From IMG/VR virus record IMGVR_UViG_644736364_000008: a DNA stretch of 64,000 bases; one strand, given 5' to 3'. Shown here one piece after another: positions 50,225 to 60,173 of this stretch. The stretch is from a virus. Taxonomy: Duplodnaviria > Heunggongvirae > Uroviricota > Caudoviricetes. The translations under genes and the position numbers were made by a program. The notes beneath the pieces were generated by a model that was given only the letters and a program-made list of their open reading frames with translations, did no database searches and had not been told where the DNA came from. Within the stretch, counting starts at the first letter, position 1, and each line of letters begins with the position of its first letter.

Positions 50225-50330
50225 CGTGAAAATTATCAACGGCAGACATACAAAGCCCATCGTTGAGAAAATCTTATCCATATTTTTTGAAAAATGCAAG
50301 CTTCATGTCACTATCTTCGGCGAAAATCAC

Positions 50331-51083
50331 TTATCTCGTCACCTTTCTCAATTGTGTTTCAGCATATGCTTCTTCCTGCCAGCACTTTGTTACTAGTTTA
50401 TCAATTACGTCTGCATATCCTTTGTACCACTGATAATCAGTCAGGTCTGGAACCAGCTTCTGGACATGACGTCGTGCCAGTGTAGTCGGTAAACGGCTAA
50501 ACCGGTTTCCATTGCAACGCCCACAAGTCTTATAAACAGGCGTGCCATGAAGCCGGGTTCTTTTTTCATCCAGGACAATACCTTTACCCTTACACCCTCT
50601 GCACGCCGTGCTGACTTCTCCCTTGCCATGACAATGCTGACACAGTTCCTTCACCCACTCTTCTTTGATAACGGATTCCCCGCTTCTGGAATGTTTCACC
50701 ACTTCGCGCAATACATTATGAAATCCAGTACCAGTACAATGCTCACAGCGAGCCTTACTTGCCGCAGACCTGGAATAATCAGCAAAGGCAAAATTCACAA
50801 GGTAAGGGATGATCTGTAACCGGGTTTCTTCACTCAATTTGTTCAATGTCGGGTTATCCAGTGCCATCGCGTAATTGAGCAGGCCTTCAATCGCAAACTG
50901 AGGATCCTGAACACCAACTTTTGCCAGGAATAAGGCAAACCCAAGCGGTGCTTTCGACTGCACCATCCCCTGCGCAGCCATTACATCCGTAATTGTTAAA
51001 CCACCCGAGCCTGTCGCCGATGCGTCATCGCTCAATTTTGGAGATTTTGGGGAGTAATATTTCGGTAAGGCTTCAAGGTTCAT
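50331..51083 (-). CDS. Late antiterminator Q-like protein (start at MNLEALP)
   Basis: CxxC/HC...CxxC zinc-binding pattern; SD ggaga upstream; directly upstream of late region. Confidence 0.65.
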   Translation of the reverse strand: MNLEALPKYYSPKSPKLSDDASATGSGGLTITDVMAAQGMVQSKAPLGFALFLAKVGVQDPQFAIEGLLNYAMALDNPTLNKLSEETRLQIIPYLVNFAFADYSRSAASKARCEHCTGTGFHNVLREVVKHSRSGESVIKEEWVKELCQHCHGKGEVSTACRGCKGKGIVLDEKRTRLHGTPVYKTCGRCNGNRFSRLPTTLARRHVQKLVPDLTDYQWYKGYADVIDKLVTKCWQEEAYAETQLRKVTR

Positions 51084-51096
51084 GCTCGTTCTCCAC

Positions 51097-52092
51097 TTAC
51101 ACCAGTACGCCAATTGCCAGCGCACGATCGATAAAACGAAATATCAGCTCCAGCTGGGAGCCATACATCTCTTCAAATGCCACGGTATCCGCATGCAGCT
51201 CGTCGTGATGCTTTCTGCACAAAGGCAACACAAAAAGGTCATGCGCTTTTGTACCCATTCCACCCTGTCCGTGGCCTATCAGGTGGTGGGGATCATCAGC
51301 GGGCTTTCCACAACATGCACACGACTGTGTCTTAACCCAGCGCGTGTACTTTTCATTAACCCAGCGGCGACGTTTTGGGCGTAACATAAAAGACTCCGGC
51401 GACTCCGGATCCACTTTCAGCGCCAGCACCTTTTTCGCCTTATCCTGGATGATGCTGGTGGCAGGAACCGAAGGCACAAGGTCACTTTCCCGGGTGACAG
51501 ACGGCACAACAGGCTTCGGTAATCTCAGTGCCTTACGGGCTGCACTTTCCGGTAAGGCATCCGCCAGATCATTACGAACCAGCCACCAGCACAGTTCCGG
51601 CATTGTCACAACGTGACTGTCATCAAAACCGAGATCCCGACGCACGACAGACAACACCCAGCGGGCACAGTTATCCGTTGCCATTGATTCCAGCCGTTCC
51701 GTGAACTGATCGCGAAGCAGGTTATCGCAGTGCCAGCACAGACGGATTGCGCCCGGCGCGTGTCGCATTGTGGTCATGTTCTCGCTGTGCCATCCGGAAT
51801 GAGGCCACTGACAGCCCTTTTCACGAAGTAACCAGCTTTCAAGACATTCCACACCCCCCGCACGACGAATAACTGCCTCATTGCGGAACACGGCCCGAAT
51901 GGCAGGATCATCCGCCAGCGGTTGTGATGCCGCCGGAACGGCACCACTGGCAAAAGATGAATAACGTTCCGGCTCAGGCTCCAGCAGGACACGCCCCTGC
52001 ATAAACAGGGGCATCAGCTCTGAACCGGGCCTGAACAATACGATCCCCATACGCGGGGCAATTTCAGGGGTCAGTAGTGCTCTCACGGTCAC
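51097..52092 (-). CDS. DUF968-like lambdoid prophage protein
   Basis: 331 aa with C-terminal Cys/His-rich region; typical lambdoid nin-region position. Confidence 0.5.
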   Translation of the reverse strand: MTVRALLTPEIAPRMGIVLFRPGSELMPLFMQGRVLLEPEPERYSSFASGAVPAASQPLADDPAIRAVFRNEAVIRRAGGVECLESWLLREKGCQWPHSGWHSENMTTMRHAPGAIRLCWHCDNLLRDQFTERLESMATDNCARWVLSVVRRDLGFDDSHVVTMPELCWWLVRNDLADALPESAARKALRLPKPVVPSVTRESDLVPSVPATSIIQDKAKKVLALKVDPESPESFMLRPKRRRWVNEKYTRWVKTQSCACCGKPADDPHHLIGHGQGGMGTKAHDLFVLPLCRKHHDELHADTVAFEEMYGSQLELIFRFIDRALAIGVLV

Positions 52093-52093
52093 C

Positions 52094-52891
52094 TCAATGA
52101 ACGGTATCGAGCAGCTTTAACAGCTCAGGGAATCGGGATTCGAAGAAATGCGGCTGCGTCTCGCGCGGATTTGCAGGACTGGTGATGTTCTTGCCGAACA
52201 TGCAGCCTTTCGCCGTCAGCGACCAGAATTTTTTGATGTTGTTAATCGCTGTACGGCTGTATCGTTCGCGCTGTTCGACGATCCCCAGCTTCGCCATCTG
52301 GTGATATGCCTGATTAGCCGTAAGGCGGATACCATACTGTTTCAGCAGTGCACTCAGCGACAGTGTCGGGCGACTTGAGCCATCAGGCGCGTCAGCAGGA
52401 GCATCAATGGCATAGCGCGGTGCCAGATTCGGTAAGCCAACAGCCTCCTGAAGCTTCTGACAGGCTCCAAGCACTGATGAGTTAGACAGGTTTAATTCCC
52501 GGCGCATAAAGTCCAGCAGGATCACGCCAGCCTGCATCTTGTCAGCAGCCTGCCCGGATAATTTTTCCGGTGTGCTGGTTACCATATCGAAAGTACGGAT
52601 CACCTTCAGATGGAATGACGGGCTTATCCACATTGCATAGGCATACACCAGTTCTTTGCAGACATACGTCCCCTGGTTATTTCCGCCACGAATAACGTTA
52701 ACTGGCTCTATATTGACCGAGTTGCAAATCTGCAACTCGCTTATTAAACGTTCAGTTTGCTCATTGCGGAGCCAGAATGCAGGCTTATGCTTATCCAGAG
52801 AACCGGCAGCCCTGTGCAGATCGTTCAGGCTGTAACGCCCATAAGCATCACGACGAACTTCAATACCATCAATAACCATCAGATTATTCAT
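52094..52891 (-). CDS. KilA-N domain protein
   Basis: N-terminal MVIDGIEVRRDAYGRYSLNDL pattern typical of KilA-N. Confidence 0.55.
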   Translation of the reverse strand: MNNLMVIDGIEVRRDAYGRYSLNDLHRAAGSLDKHKPAFWLRNEQTERLISELQICNSVNIEPVNVIRGGNNQGTYVCKELVYAYAMWISPSFHLKVIRTFDMVTSTPEKLSGQAADKMQAGVILLDFMRRELNLSNSSVLGACQKLQEAVGLPNLAPRYAIDAPADAPDGSSRPTLSLSALLKQYGIRLTANQAYHQMAKLGIVEQRERYSRTAINNIKKFWSLTAKGCMFGKNITSPANPRETQPHFFESRFPELLKLLDTVH

Positions 52892-52910
52892 ACTTCGTTT
52901 CTCCTCTTAA

Positions 52911-53300
52911 TCAGGCAGCTGCACCCGCCGTTTTCTCGTACTTACTGATAGTGATCTCGACCTTCCCTTCCGGGATAACCGGTCCCCACTCCACCAGCAT
53001 TCTTTTCACCTGACTGTCGTCTTCCCACACACCCGCGTGGGTCAGGGCGTCAAACAGCGCCTTGTTATAGTTGTCCAGATCGCGGATCCGGTTATCCGGA
53101 GGAAACAACACGATCTCCACTGAAGCAGGTGCCGACGTTGGTTTTGGCAGACGACGTAACTGCTCAACTATTGCTGCACACGCCGCGCTCTGGAATTTGC
53201 GCCCCGCCGCGCTTATCAGGCTCTTACCAGCAAACGCCCCTTTGTTGGGGTGTCGCCAGTACGTGTTCACGCTGGGCGGAAACGGCAGAATCAGCTTCAT
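52911..53300 (-). CDS. rusA: RusA Holliday-junction resolvase
   Basis: 129 aa, MKLILPFPPSVN N-terminus characteristic of RusA. Confidence 0.8.
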   Translation of the reverse strand: MKLILPFPPSVNTYWRHPNKGAFAGKSLISAAGRKFQSAACAAIVEQLRRLPKPTSAPASVEIVLFPPDNRIRDLDNYNKALFDALTHAGVWEDDSQVKRMLVEWGPVIPEGKVEITISKYEKTAGAAA

Positions 53301-53623
53301 ACTTTCAGGCCCCTCTCATGTAACCAGTGGGCTGCACGCAGCCTGGCGTTTTCCTTACCGGCAAGCAGTGAGCGGATAATCCCGACCGCCTCGCTGTCGT
53401 CGTCCTTCACCGCGGTATGAAGAGTGATACCCCGGGCCACGCCACGCTTTATCGTGATGACGCCTTTTTTCTCCAGTGCTCGAAGATGCTCCACCGCTGC
53501 ATTCACTGAACGGTATCCCAGCATGGTTGCCACCTCCTGATTGGTTGGCGGGAAGCCACGTTCTTTCTGATAAGAAATCAGCATATCCAGCACCTGCTGC
53601 TGGCATTGAGTTAACGTCGTCAT
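53297..53623 (-). CDS. LexA N-terminal DNA-binding-domain homologue (no protease domain)
   Basis: QQQVLDMLISYQKERGFPPTNQEVATMLGYRSVNAAVEHLRALEKKGVI closely parallels the LexA winged helix. Confidence 0.55.
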   Translation of the reverse strand: MTTLTQCQQQVLDMLISYQKERGFPPTNQEVATMLGYRSVNAAVEHLRALEKKGVITIKRGVARGITLHTAVKDDDSEAVGIIRSLLAGKENARLRAAHWLHERGLKV

Positions 53624-54273
53624 GCCGCCATCTCCCTGAGCAGTTTTTCCGCCTGCTGGCGAACCTGCGCCAGAAACGCCTCACCACATGCCTCAAGTTC
53701 ATCGCGCCCGATGTAGCTGATTGCCGGTCCCTTCCAGGTCTTGTCAAAAACAGCAATAGCACCAGCGAAGAAAGCTCCTGTCGGCACCTGCTTCTCGTCT
53801 TTCGGGATAAACCAGACAGGCAGTTCAAAACCAATACGCCCGCGAATAAAAGCAATATGATCTGCATCTTCCGGCCACCACACTTCGCTGGTGGCAGCTT
53901 TGATCAGGAAAACATAGCGCCCGCCTTTATCACGCATGGCACTGGCATGCTTCATGATGTAACGCATGCCGGTGATGTATTGCCCCTCATGCTGACTGGC
54001 GCGGCTGTATGGGGGATTACCAAAGGCAGCACCTTTAAGCTCCGCAAGACGTTCTGACCAGTCATGCGCCAGCGCATTGTCTTCCGCCGTGTAATACGCG
54101 GCACATTTGGCGTTACCACCGTCGGTGAACAGATCCAGAACAAACGGGCCAAACAGGGTGTTAATTCCCCAGAAAATGTTGTCCGGCGTGCGCCACTGAT
54201 CGCCCACTTCCTTCAGTTCATGGGCTGGTTTGTTCCGCAGCTCCACCAGCGCCTGGCAATATTTATTACTCAT
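53620..54273 (-). CDS. Phage N6-adenine DNA methyltransferase
   Basis: NPPY motif (GNPPYS); start at MSNKYCQ overlaps upstream stop. Confidence 0.75.
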   Translation of the reverse strand: MSNKYCQALVELRNKPAHELKEVGDQWRTPDNIFWGINTLFGPFVLDLFTDGGNAKCAAYYTAEDNALAHDWSERLAELKGAAFGNPPYSRASQHEGQYITGMRYIMKHASAMRDKGGRYVFLIKAATSEVWWPEDADHIAFIRGRIGFELPVWFIPKDEKQVPTGAFFAGAIAVFDKTWKGPAISYIGRDELEACGEAFLAQVRQQAEKLLREMAA

Positions 54274-54767
54274 TAAGCCCCCACGTAATTCCCTGACAGA
54301 TACCACTCTTCACCCGATGCAGCGCGCTTGCTGCTTTTCCGTAAGCACCGCTCACGACGCGCCAGAAAATTGTTTCGTTCTGGCTGGGAGTGGCTTTCAC
54401 GGAATGCCGCCATCCACACGGTTGCAGCACGACGGTATAAACCCCTGGACTCCAGTTCTTCAGCCTGGCGGGTCAGGCACAAAATCACCCGTGGATCGTT
54501 AGTGCCGACATAGAAATTGCGCACAGGTCTGGTTTCTCGAACTGGTTGTGGTTCCGGTTCCTGCGCTCTCTCAGTCAGGCGCGGGAAATGTCTGCGTGTA
54601 TCTCCTTCACAACGGTGAGCCACACGCCCACTCTGACGTAACTTGCTTGCTGACTGCAGAACGCGCTGTCGTGAGTAACCTGCAAAAGCATCCGCAATGT
54701 CACCGGAAGTACACCCCGGATGGGCTTCAATGAATTTCTGAACGTCATTTAACAGACTCATGATCAC
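54273..54767 (-). CDS. Hypothetical winged-helix protein (164 aa), replication-region
   Basis: ORF coupled between the O-like gene and the methyltransferase. Confidence 0.45.
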   Translation of the reverse strand: MIMSLLNDVQKFIEAHPGCTSGDIADAFAGYSRQRVLQSASKLRQSGRVAHRCEGDTRRHFPRLTERAQEPEPQPVRETRPVRNFYVGTNDPRVILCLTRQAEELESRGLYRRAATVWMAAFRESHSQPERNNFLARRERCLRKSSKRAASGEEWYLSGNYVGA

Positions 54768-55705
54768 CCCCTGAATCCTGCCGGGATCTGGCTGTAGTCC
54801 ACGTTGTCGTAACTGGCTTTGAAGTACGGGTCCTCGCGTTTTTCGGTGTACGTACTTACGGACGGCGATAAGCGCAGGGAAAGCTCATCCCATTTTTCCC
54901 GCAGCTTCGACGGGCTGAGCACGTTACGGCACCAGAACGGATCGCGGCTGACGCGGCTGTACATCTCGCAGATTTGTTTGTGAGTACGACCATCCTGCAC
55001 ACACATCAGGCGAATTTCGTTTGCCCAGGCTGTCCAGTTCGGTTCTTTGGGACGAACCACCTCGCCGTCACATTCGGCAGCCTGCTCGTACAGGGCGATG
55101 ATTTTTTTCCAGAGCCACTGTGCGCAGGTCAAATCATCCTGCGTTCCCCACTGGCGCTTTTTAGGGCTGAATACAACAGCATCAGGATGGCGAGTTAAAA
55201 ACTCCTGTTCAGCCGTCTGCGTGTCCGGTTGCGAAGCGTCCGGACGAGAAGTTTTTTTATCTGACGGATCATGTTTTGATTTTACTGACGGATCCCCGCC
55301 AGATTCTGACGGGTGAAAACCCGCTTTTTTGCCAGATTTCGACGCATCAAATTTTGACGGGGCAGATTTTGATGCGTCAGATTTTGACGGGTCAGAATCT
55401 GACAGTTGAGAAAATGCCGCTGCCTGAAGCTTCGCAACGTTAAGCTGATAAACATTCGACGCATTGCGGTTACCCTGGCGACGCGCCTTACGCGTTAACC
55501 AGCCTTCTGCTTCCAGCCGTGCGATAGCCGTTCTGACGGTACTCATCCCCGCGCCAATCTGGCGGGCAATGGTTTCAATTGATGGCCAGCACACACCTTC
55601 GTCATTACTGAAATCAGCCAGGCGGGCCATAATTGCCACGCTGGATAACTTCATGCCTGACGCAGCGCAACCATCCCATACATAGCCGGTTAATTTAGTG
55701 CTCAT
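54764..55705 (-). CDS. Replication initiator O-like protein
   Basis: 313 aa; N-terminal wHTH; iteron array inside the coding sequence. Confidence 0.65.
   Translation of the reverse strand: MSTKLTGYVWDGCAASGMKLSSVAIMARLADFSNDEGVCWPSIETIARQIGAGMSTVRTAIARLEAEGWLTRKARRQGNRNASNVYQLNVAKLQAAAFSQLSDSDPSKSDASKSAPSKFDASKSGKKAGFHPSESGGDPSVKSKHDPSDKKTSRPDASQPDTQTAEQEFLTRHPDAVVFSPKKRQWGTQDDLTCAQWLWKKIIALYEQAAECDGEVVRPKEPNWTAWANEIRLMCVQDGRTHKQICEMYSRVSRDPFWCRNVLSPSKLREKWDELSLRLSPSVSTYTEKREDPYFKASYDNVDYSQIPAGFRG
55262..55410. repeat. Iteron array (about seven degenerate direct repeats), putative origin
   Basis: Repeated (a/g)attttgacgg / agattctgacgg units within the O-like gene. Confidence 0.6.
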
Positions 55706-55714
55706 GACCGACCT

Positions 55715-56053
55715 CTATTTCCCTGAATTTACGACGAAACTGTTCGAGCGGACTGAAGCATTCATGCTCATAGCCTTCGCGGAGGTAGATAACCCGTTGT
55801 GTTTCCGGTTCCCAACGAATGACTCTGACGGGCACTCCGTAGTGATCTTTGAACCAGCGGTTAACTTGTCGCAAAGGACTGTCTCCTTCTGCCGGTTGAA
55901 ATCACCCACAGCCCACTCAGCAAAGCTGTGGGTTACAATTTCCCTGTCACCTGGTACATTTACTGCATAGCAATACTCCACCTTCGCTTTTCCACCCGGT
56001 ACAGGAAGCGCAATCAGTTGCGAGCGACGGTAGTGTGTTGTTAAACTGTTCAT
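55715..56053 (-). CDS. Hypothetical early protein (112 aa; e14 YmfM-like by size and position)
   Basis: ORF between the CII-position gene and O-like gene. Confidence 0.4.
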   Translation of the reverse strand: MNSLTTHYRRSQLIALPVPGGKAKVEYCYAVNVPGDREIVTHSFAEWAVGDFNRQKETVLCDKLTAGSKITTECPSESFVGNRKHNGLSTSAKAMSMNASVRSNSFVVNSGK

Positions 56054-56613
56054 GCGTTAGTTTCTCCACAGTCACGACACGCCACGGCGCCCGGAGCTGC
56101 ACACTCGCGGGCGTCACTACTTTCTGAAACGCAAAAGATTTTGTAGACCAGTGCTGCATGCTCCTGCAGCTTCGAAATTGAGAGGTACAGCTCATCGTTA
56201 ATTGCTGTCTTCTCATGCGGTTCCACTACACCGTCTTCAATTGCTGAACGAATCTGTTTTGAATAACTGCCGATCTGTTCAATGACCTCCAGCAGGCGTT
56301 GGTTGATATCGGCGTTGTCCACATCCTCGACGTCAGGAAGAGACACAAAGACGCCATTTGCAGACTGCGCCACAGCATCAGCAATGAAGTGAGTGCCACC
56401 AGCACGCTGTAAAACCATTGCCCATCCCAGCGGGAAAATCTGATCGCCATCTGCACGAAGGCGGTTGAATAAAGCGTTTTCTGTTACATCGAGCCAGTCA
56501 GCCGCTTCAGCGTAACCACCCGGCAACGCCGCGATCGTTTTTCTGACAGCTTTCACGTACCACTCAGGCTGTTTTTCTATTTTCCAGTGATGCTTACCCA
56601 CGATTAGCCTCAT
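56050..56613 (-). CDS. CII-position regulatory protein (187 aa; e14 YmfL-like)
   Basis: First large gene after cro in the rightward early operon. Confidence 0.45.
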   Translation of the reverse strand: MRLIVGKHHWKIEKQPEWYVKAVRKTIAALPGGYAEAADWLDVTENALFNRLRADGDQIFPLGWAMVLQRAGGTHFIADAVAQSANGVFVSLPDVEDVDNADINQRLLEVIEQIGSYSKQIRSAIEDGVVEPHEKTAINDELYLSISKLQEHAALVYKIFCVSESSDARECAAPGAVACRDCGETNA

Positions 56614-56644
56614 CGTTCTGTGGTTAAAAATTGAAAGTGTTCTG

Positions 56645-56845
56645 CTAATCTTTCGGATAGATATCCGGTCTTAAGTCAGATTTCGTAATTGCACCTGACG
56701 TGCATTGCTCAAGTTTTTTAGCCAGCACAAAACTGGCTTTTTTATAGCCATTGAAAACCAGCCGTAAGTAGCCAGGTGTTGAGCCAACTTTTCCGGCCAA
56801 CTCGCCCTGCTGTTCTTTGGTTAAAGAGTCCCAATACGCTTTCAT
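56645..56845 (-). CDS. cro: Cro-like repressor (66 aa; start at MKAYWDS)
   Basis: SD ggagg upstream of ATG at 56845; divergent from the repressor. Confidence 0.6.
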   Translation of the reverse strand: MKAYWDSLTKEQQGELAGKVGSTPGYLRLVFNGYKKASFVLAKKLEQCTSGAITKSDLRPDIYPKD

Positions 56846-56935
56846 ACAATGTGTACCTCCGGTGTACATATTACATGATTGAAATGAACCTTCAAGATAC
56901 TTGTACCTTAACGGTACAAGGGTTTTAATTTCGTT
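56846..56935. promoter_or_regulatory. Immunity operator/promoter region
   Basis: Perfect palindrome cttgtacc-ttaac-ggtacaag and related tgtacc/ggtaca half-sites between cro and repressor. Confidence 0.55.
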
Positions 56936-57610
56936 ATGAAAACAATCCATGACATCCGGCGGTCTAACGCCAGAAAACTGAGAGATGGTGTTGGCGGGAA
57001 TTCTTCCTTTGCCACTATGATTGATCGCGAGCCAACCCAGACCAGCAGGTTTATGGGAGATGGTGCTACTAAAAATATCGGTGACAGCATGGCACGACAC
57101 ATCGAAAAATGTTTCGACCTGCCTGTCGGATGGCTCGATCAAGAACACCAGACAACGAACATCACAAAAAAACCTGATGTTTCAATCACTAATAAACAAA
57201 TCACATTAGTCCCTGTCATATCATGGGTACAGGCCGGAGCATGGAAAGAAGTTGGATATTCTGAGGTTGATTTGAGCACAGCAGAAACGTATCCCTGCCC
57301 TGTACCCTGTGGGGAAATGACTTATATCTTGCGGGTGATAGGTGATTCAATGATTGATGAGTACCGCCCGGGAGACATGATTTTTGTCGATCCTGAAGTA
57401 CCTGCCTGCCACGGTGACGACGTTATTGCATTGATGCACGATACAGGTGAAACCACCTTCAAAAGGTTGATAGAAGATGGGACACAGCGTTATCTCAAAG
57501 CGTTAAACCCAAACTGGCCTGAGCCTTACATTAAGATCAACGGTAATTGCTCTATAATTGGTACTGTGATTTTCTCAGGAAAACCAAGAAGATACAAAAT
57601 CAAAGCCTAA
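56936..57610 (+). CDS. cI: CI-like immunity repressor with S24 (LexA-like) autopeptidase domain
   Basis: 224 aa; N-terminal HTH; C-terminal GDSM (Ser) and FKRL (Lys) motifs. Confidence 0.8.
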   Translation: MKTIHDIRRSNARKLRDGVGGNSSFATMIDREPTQTSRFMGDGATKNIGDSMARHIEKCFDLPVGWLDQEHQTTNITKKPDVSITNKQITLVPVISWVQAGAWKEVGYSEVDLSTAETYPCPVPCGEMTYILRVIGDSMIDEYRPGDMIFVDPEVPACHGDDVIALMHDTGETTFKRLIEDGTQRYLKALNPNWPEPYIKINGNCSIIGTVIFSGKPRRYKIKA

Positions 57611-57622
57611 TCAATGTTTATG

Positions 57623-57646
57623 AACCTGCTTCGGCAGGTTTTTTTA
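57623..57646 (+). terminator. Rho-independent terminator after the repressor gene
   Basis: aacctgc-ttcg-gcaggtt followed by TTTTTTT. Confidence 0.6.
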
Positions 57647-57812
57647 TACTTGACAATGTACCTTTGGGATACATAATGTACCCAAGAGAAACAACAAACA
57701 GGCAGGACGCCCACGAAGTAGCCGCCTGGGGCATATGAAGTCCAGGATGATTCGTTAGCAACAAAAAAGCGCCCTATAGGACGCTTCGCTCTTTAACAAT
57801 CTGGATGACTTA

Positions 57813-58325
57813 TTACTCAGATTTGAACTTTGGTTCTGGCAAAAGAGGAGGAGTTGAGTCCTCGAATCGTAGCCAGTGCTCCCAGATATCGTGGGATTGT
57901 AATTCCAGAAGACCAATTTGACGTGATGCAACTGCAGTGCCAGCTATAGTTCCTCCTGCATAATCAACCTGGACGGACTTTGACGCTTTCTCAATTAATT
58001 CTGTCCAAGCTTCACTTTCCGCGTTAAAAGAAGCAGTTAATTCCTGCAGACGCTGTGGATCATCCTTGTTGTCTTGTTTCAAACGATTCAGGGCGGCCAC
58101 CGAATACTTATTCTTAACCCAACTAACCTGAGCTAACTGAACTCTCTGACAAGCGTCCATATCAGTAGTTGTTTCCTGAGGCATATCAAAGCAGGAAATA
58201 AAAAAAGTCTCAACACCATCATTTAGACTACTGCTCGGCTGGTTCAAAGCATCAGAAGCATTGGATGCTATCGGTATTATCAGTGCTACCGACAGAATCA
58301 AACGTTTAACATAAATCGCTCCCAT
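57813..58325 (-). CDS. Secreted protein of unknown function (170 aa)
   Basis: N-terminal signal peptide; moderately AT-rich. Confidence 0.55.
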   Translation of the reverse strand: MGAIYVKRLILSVALIIPIASNASDALNQPSSSLNDGVETFFISCFDMPQETTTDMDACQRVQLAQVSWVKNKYSVAALNRLKQDNKDDPQRLQELTASFNAESEAWTELIEKASKSVQVDYAGGTIAGTAVASRQIGLLELQSHDIWEHWLRFEDSTPPLLPEPKFKSE

Positions 58326-58793
58326 TTAATTATCCCCTCTAAGAACAGAGTCATCCAGATTAGCCGAATCCTTGTTGTTGGGGAATAACCAGGCCCACCT
58401 CGCCTGATGTGGCTAAAAGCAGGCACATAACAGCTAAGTATTTTCAACCAGAGAGAATCCTTAGCGTTGTGGTGAATGCGGCTCAGCGCACGCGGGTTAA
58501 GGTTGAGGCTGACAGTCGACCTTCTGTGGATACCCACCCGCCTGGTGTGCAACCTTCGCCAGGCACCGGGAGGCACCCGGCACCACAACTTTATGCTGTG
58601 TGTAGTCCTGGCGGTACCAGCTTGTACCCTTGCTTCCGGCTGGTACCGCTCTTTTTACAAAACAGAGAAGAGCATCACCGGACGACGGGCTCATAACCCA
58701 ATCCACCCGGGCGGCTGCCACCGCAGGTGTTCTTCTCTGTTTTGTGGAGAAACCAACCGACCTTGCAGGGTCGATATGATGAGGAGCAGCAAA

Positions 58794-59156
58794 ATGGCTA
58801 GCGAACGCAGTACCAACGTGCAGGAATTTATCGGGGAGCTGGACGGCGGCGTATTTGAAACCAAAATCGGCGCAGTTCTCAGTGAAGTCGCTTCCGGTGT
58901 GATGAACACGAAAACCAAAGGTAAGGTCTCGCTCAACCTGGAAATCGAACCGTTTGATGAGAACCGTGTGAAAATAAAACACAAACTCTCATATGTTCGT
59001 CCGACTAACCGCGGGAAAATTTCCGAAGAAGACACCACCGAAACGCCGATGTATGTCAATCGCGGTGGTCGCCTGACTATTCTGCAGGAAGACCAGGGAC
59101 AATTACTGACTCTTGCCGGTGAACCTGACGGAAAACTCCGCGCAGCAGGTCATTAA
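58794..59156 (+). CDS. YfdP-like protein (120 aa)
   Basis: SD gaggag upstream of ATG at 58794; the long upstream ORF extension looks non-coding. Confidence 0.5.
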   Translation: MASERSTNVQEFIGELDGGVFETKIGAVLSEVASGVMNTKTKGKVSLNLEIEPFDENRVKIKHKLSYVRPTNRGKISEEDTTETPMYVNRGGRLTILQEDQGQLLTLAGEPDGKLRAAGH

Positions 59157-59221
59157 TATCGTTCTTAATTAACTGATTATTTATCTCATCACTGAATATC
59201 TTTATATAGTGAGGACTTATT

Positions 59222-60046
59222 ATGTCTCAGAACTTAGACGCAACCGCAATTAATCAAATCCATGCCCTTATTTCTGCTCAGGGTGTTAATGAAATTATCA
59301 GTAAGATTGGTGCCGACGCAGTGGCATTACCTGAAAATTTCCGCATTCATGATCTGGAAAAATTTAATTTAAATCGCTTCCGTTTCCGTGGTGCGCTTTC
59401 CACTGCCAGCATCGATGACTTTACCCGTTATTCTAAAGATCTTGCGGATGAAGGCACCCGCTGCTTTATCGATGCCGATAATATGCGTGCCGTCAGTGTG
59501 CTTAACCTGGGTACTATTGATGAGCCTGGTCACGCAGATAACACCGCCACTCTCAAACTGAAAAAGACAGCACCGTTCTCTGCTCTGTTGTCTGTTAACG
59601 GCGAGCGTAACTCCCAGAAGTCACTGGCAGAATGGATTGAAGACTGGGCCGACTACCTTGTGGGCTTTGATGCTAATGGTGATGCCATTCAGGCAACAAA
59701 AGCGGCTGCGGCAGTCCGTAAAATCACGATTGAAGCAAACCAGACCGCTGATTTTGAAGACAATGACTTCAGCGGCAAACGCTCCCTGATGGAGTCTGTC
59801 GAAGCGAAGACCAAAGATATTATGCCAGTGGCATTTGAATTTAAATGCGTTCCGTTTGAAGGCCTGAAAGAACGTCCGTTTAAATTACGCCTCAGCATTA
59901 TCACTGGCGATCGTCCTGTACTGGTTCTGCGCATTATTCAGCTGGAAGCAGTGCAGGAAGAAATGGCTAACGAATTTCGTGATCTGCTTGTTGAGAAATT
60001 CAAGGACAGCAAAGTAGAAACCTTTATTGGTACTTTTACCGCCTGA
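59222..60046 (+). CDS. YfdQ-like protein (DUF2303-like, 274 aa)
   Basis: Size and order match the yfdP-yfdQ-yfdR module of E. coli CPS-53 as I recall it. Confidence 0.55.
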   Translation: MSQNLDATAINQIHALISAQGVNEIISKIGADAVALPENFRIHDLEKFNLNRFRFRGALSTASIDDFTRYSKDLADEGTRCFIDADNMRAVSVLNLGTIDEPGHADNTATLKLKKTAPFSALLSVNGERNSQKSLAEWIEDWADYLVGFDANGDAIQATKAAAAVRKITIEANQTADFEDNDFSGKRSLMESVEAKTKDIMPVAFEFKCVPFEGLKERPFKLRLSIITGDRPVLVLRIIQLEAVQEEMANEFRDLLVEKFKDSKVETFIGTFTA

Positions 60047-60173
60047 TTTCATTACTGCAAATGCCCCTGCGGGGGCATTTATGGAAACGTAATTGACTCA
60101 ATAATCGCCGGATGGTGAGGGCTTTCTTTTACCAGAATTCAGCGCGGTGCAGCGCATATACGTGGAGAACAAA

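Noticed and set aside
55262-55410. Possible CRISPR-like repeat array
   Set aside because: Repeats are short, degenerate and irregularly spaced, lie inside a coding sequence and have no leader or cas genes; they fit replication iterons.
58476-58793. N-terminal 106 codons of the 226-aa ORF 58476-59156
   Set aside because: Translation is Arg/Cys/Leu-rich and the region lacks an SD; a strong SD (gaggag) precedes the internal ATG at 58794, giving a 120-aa protein.
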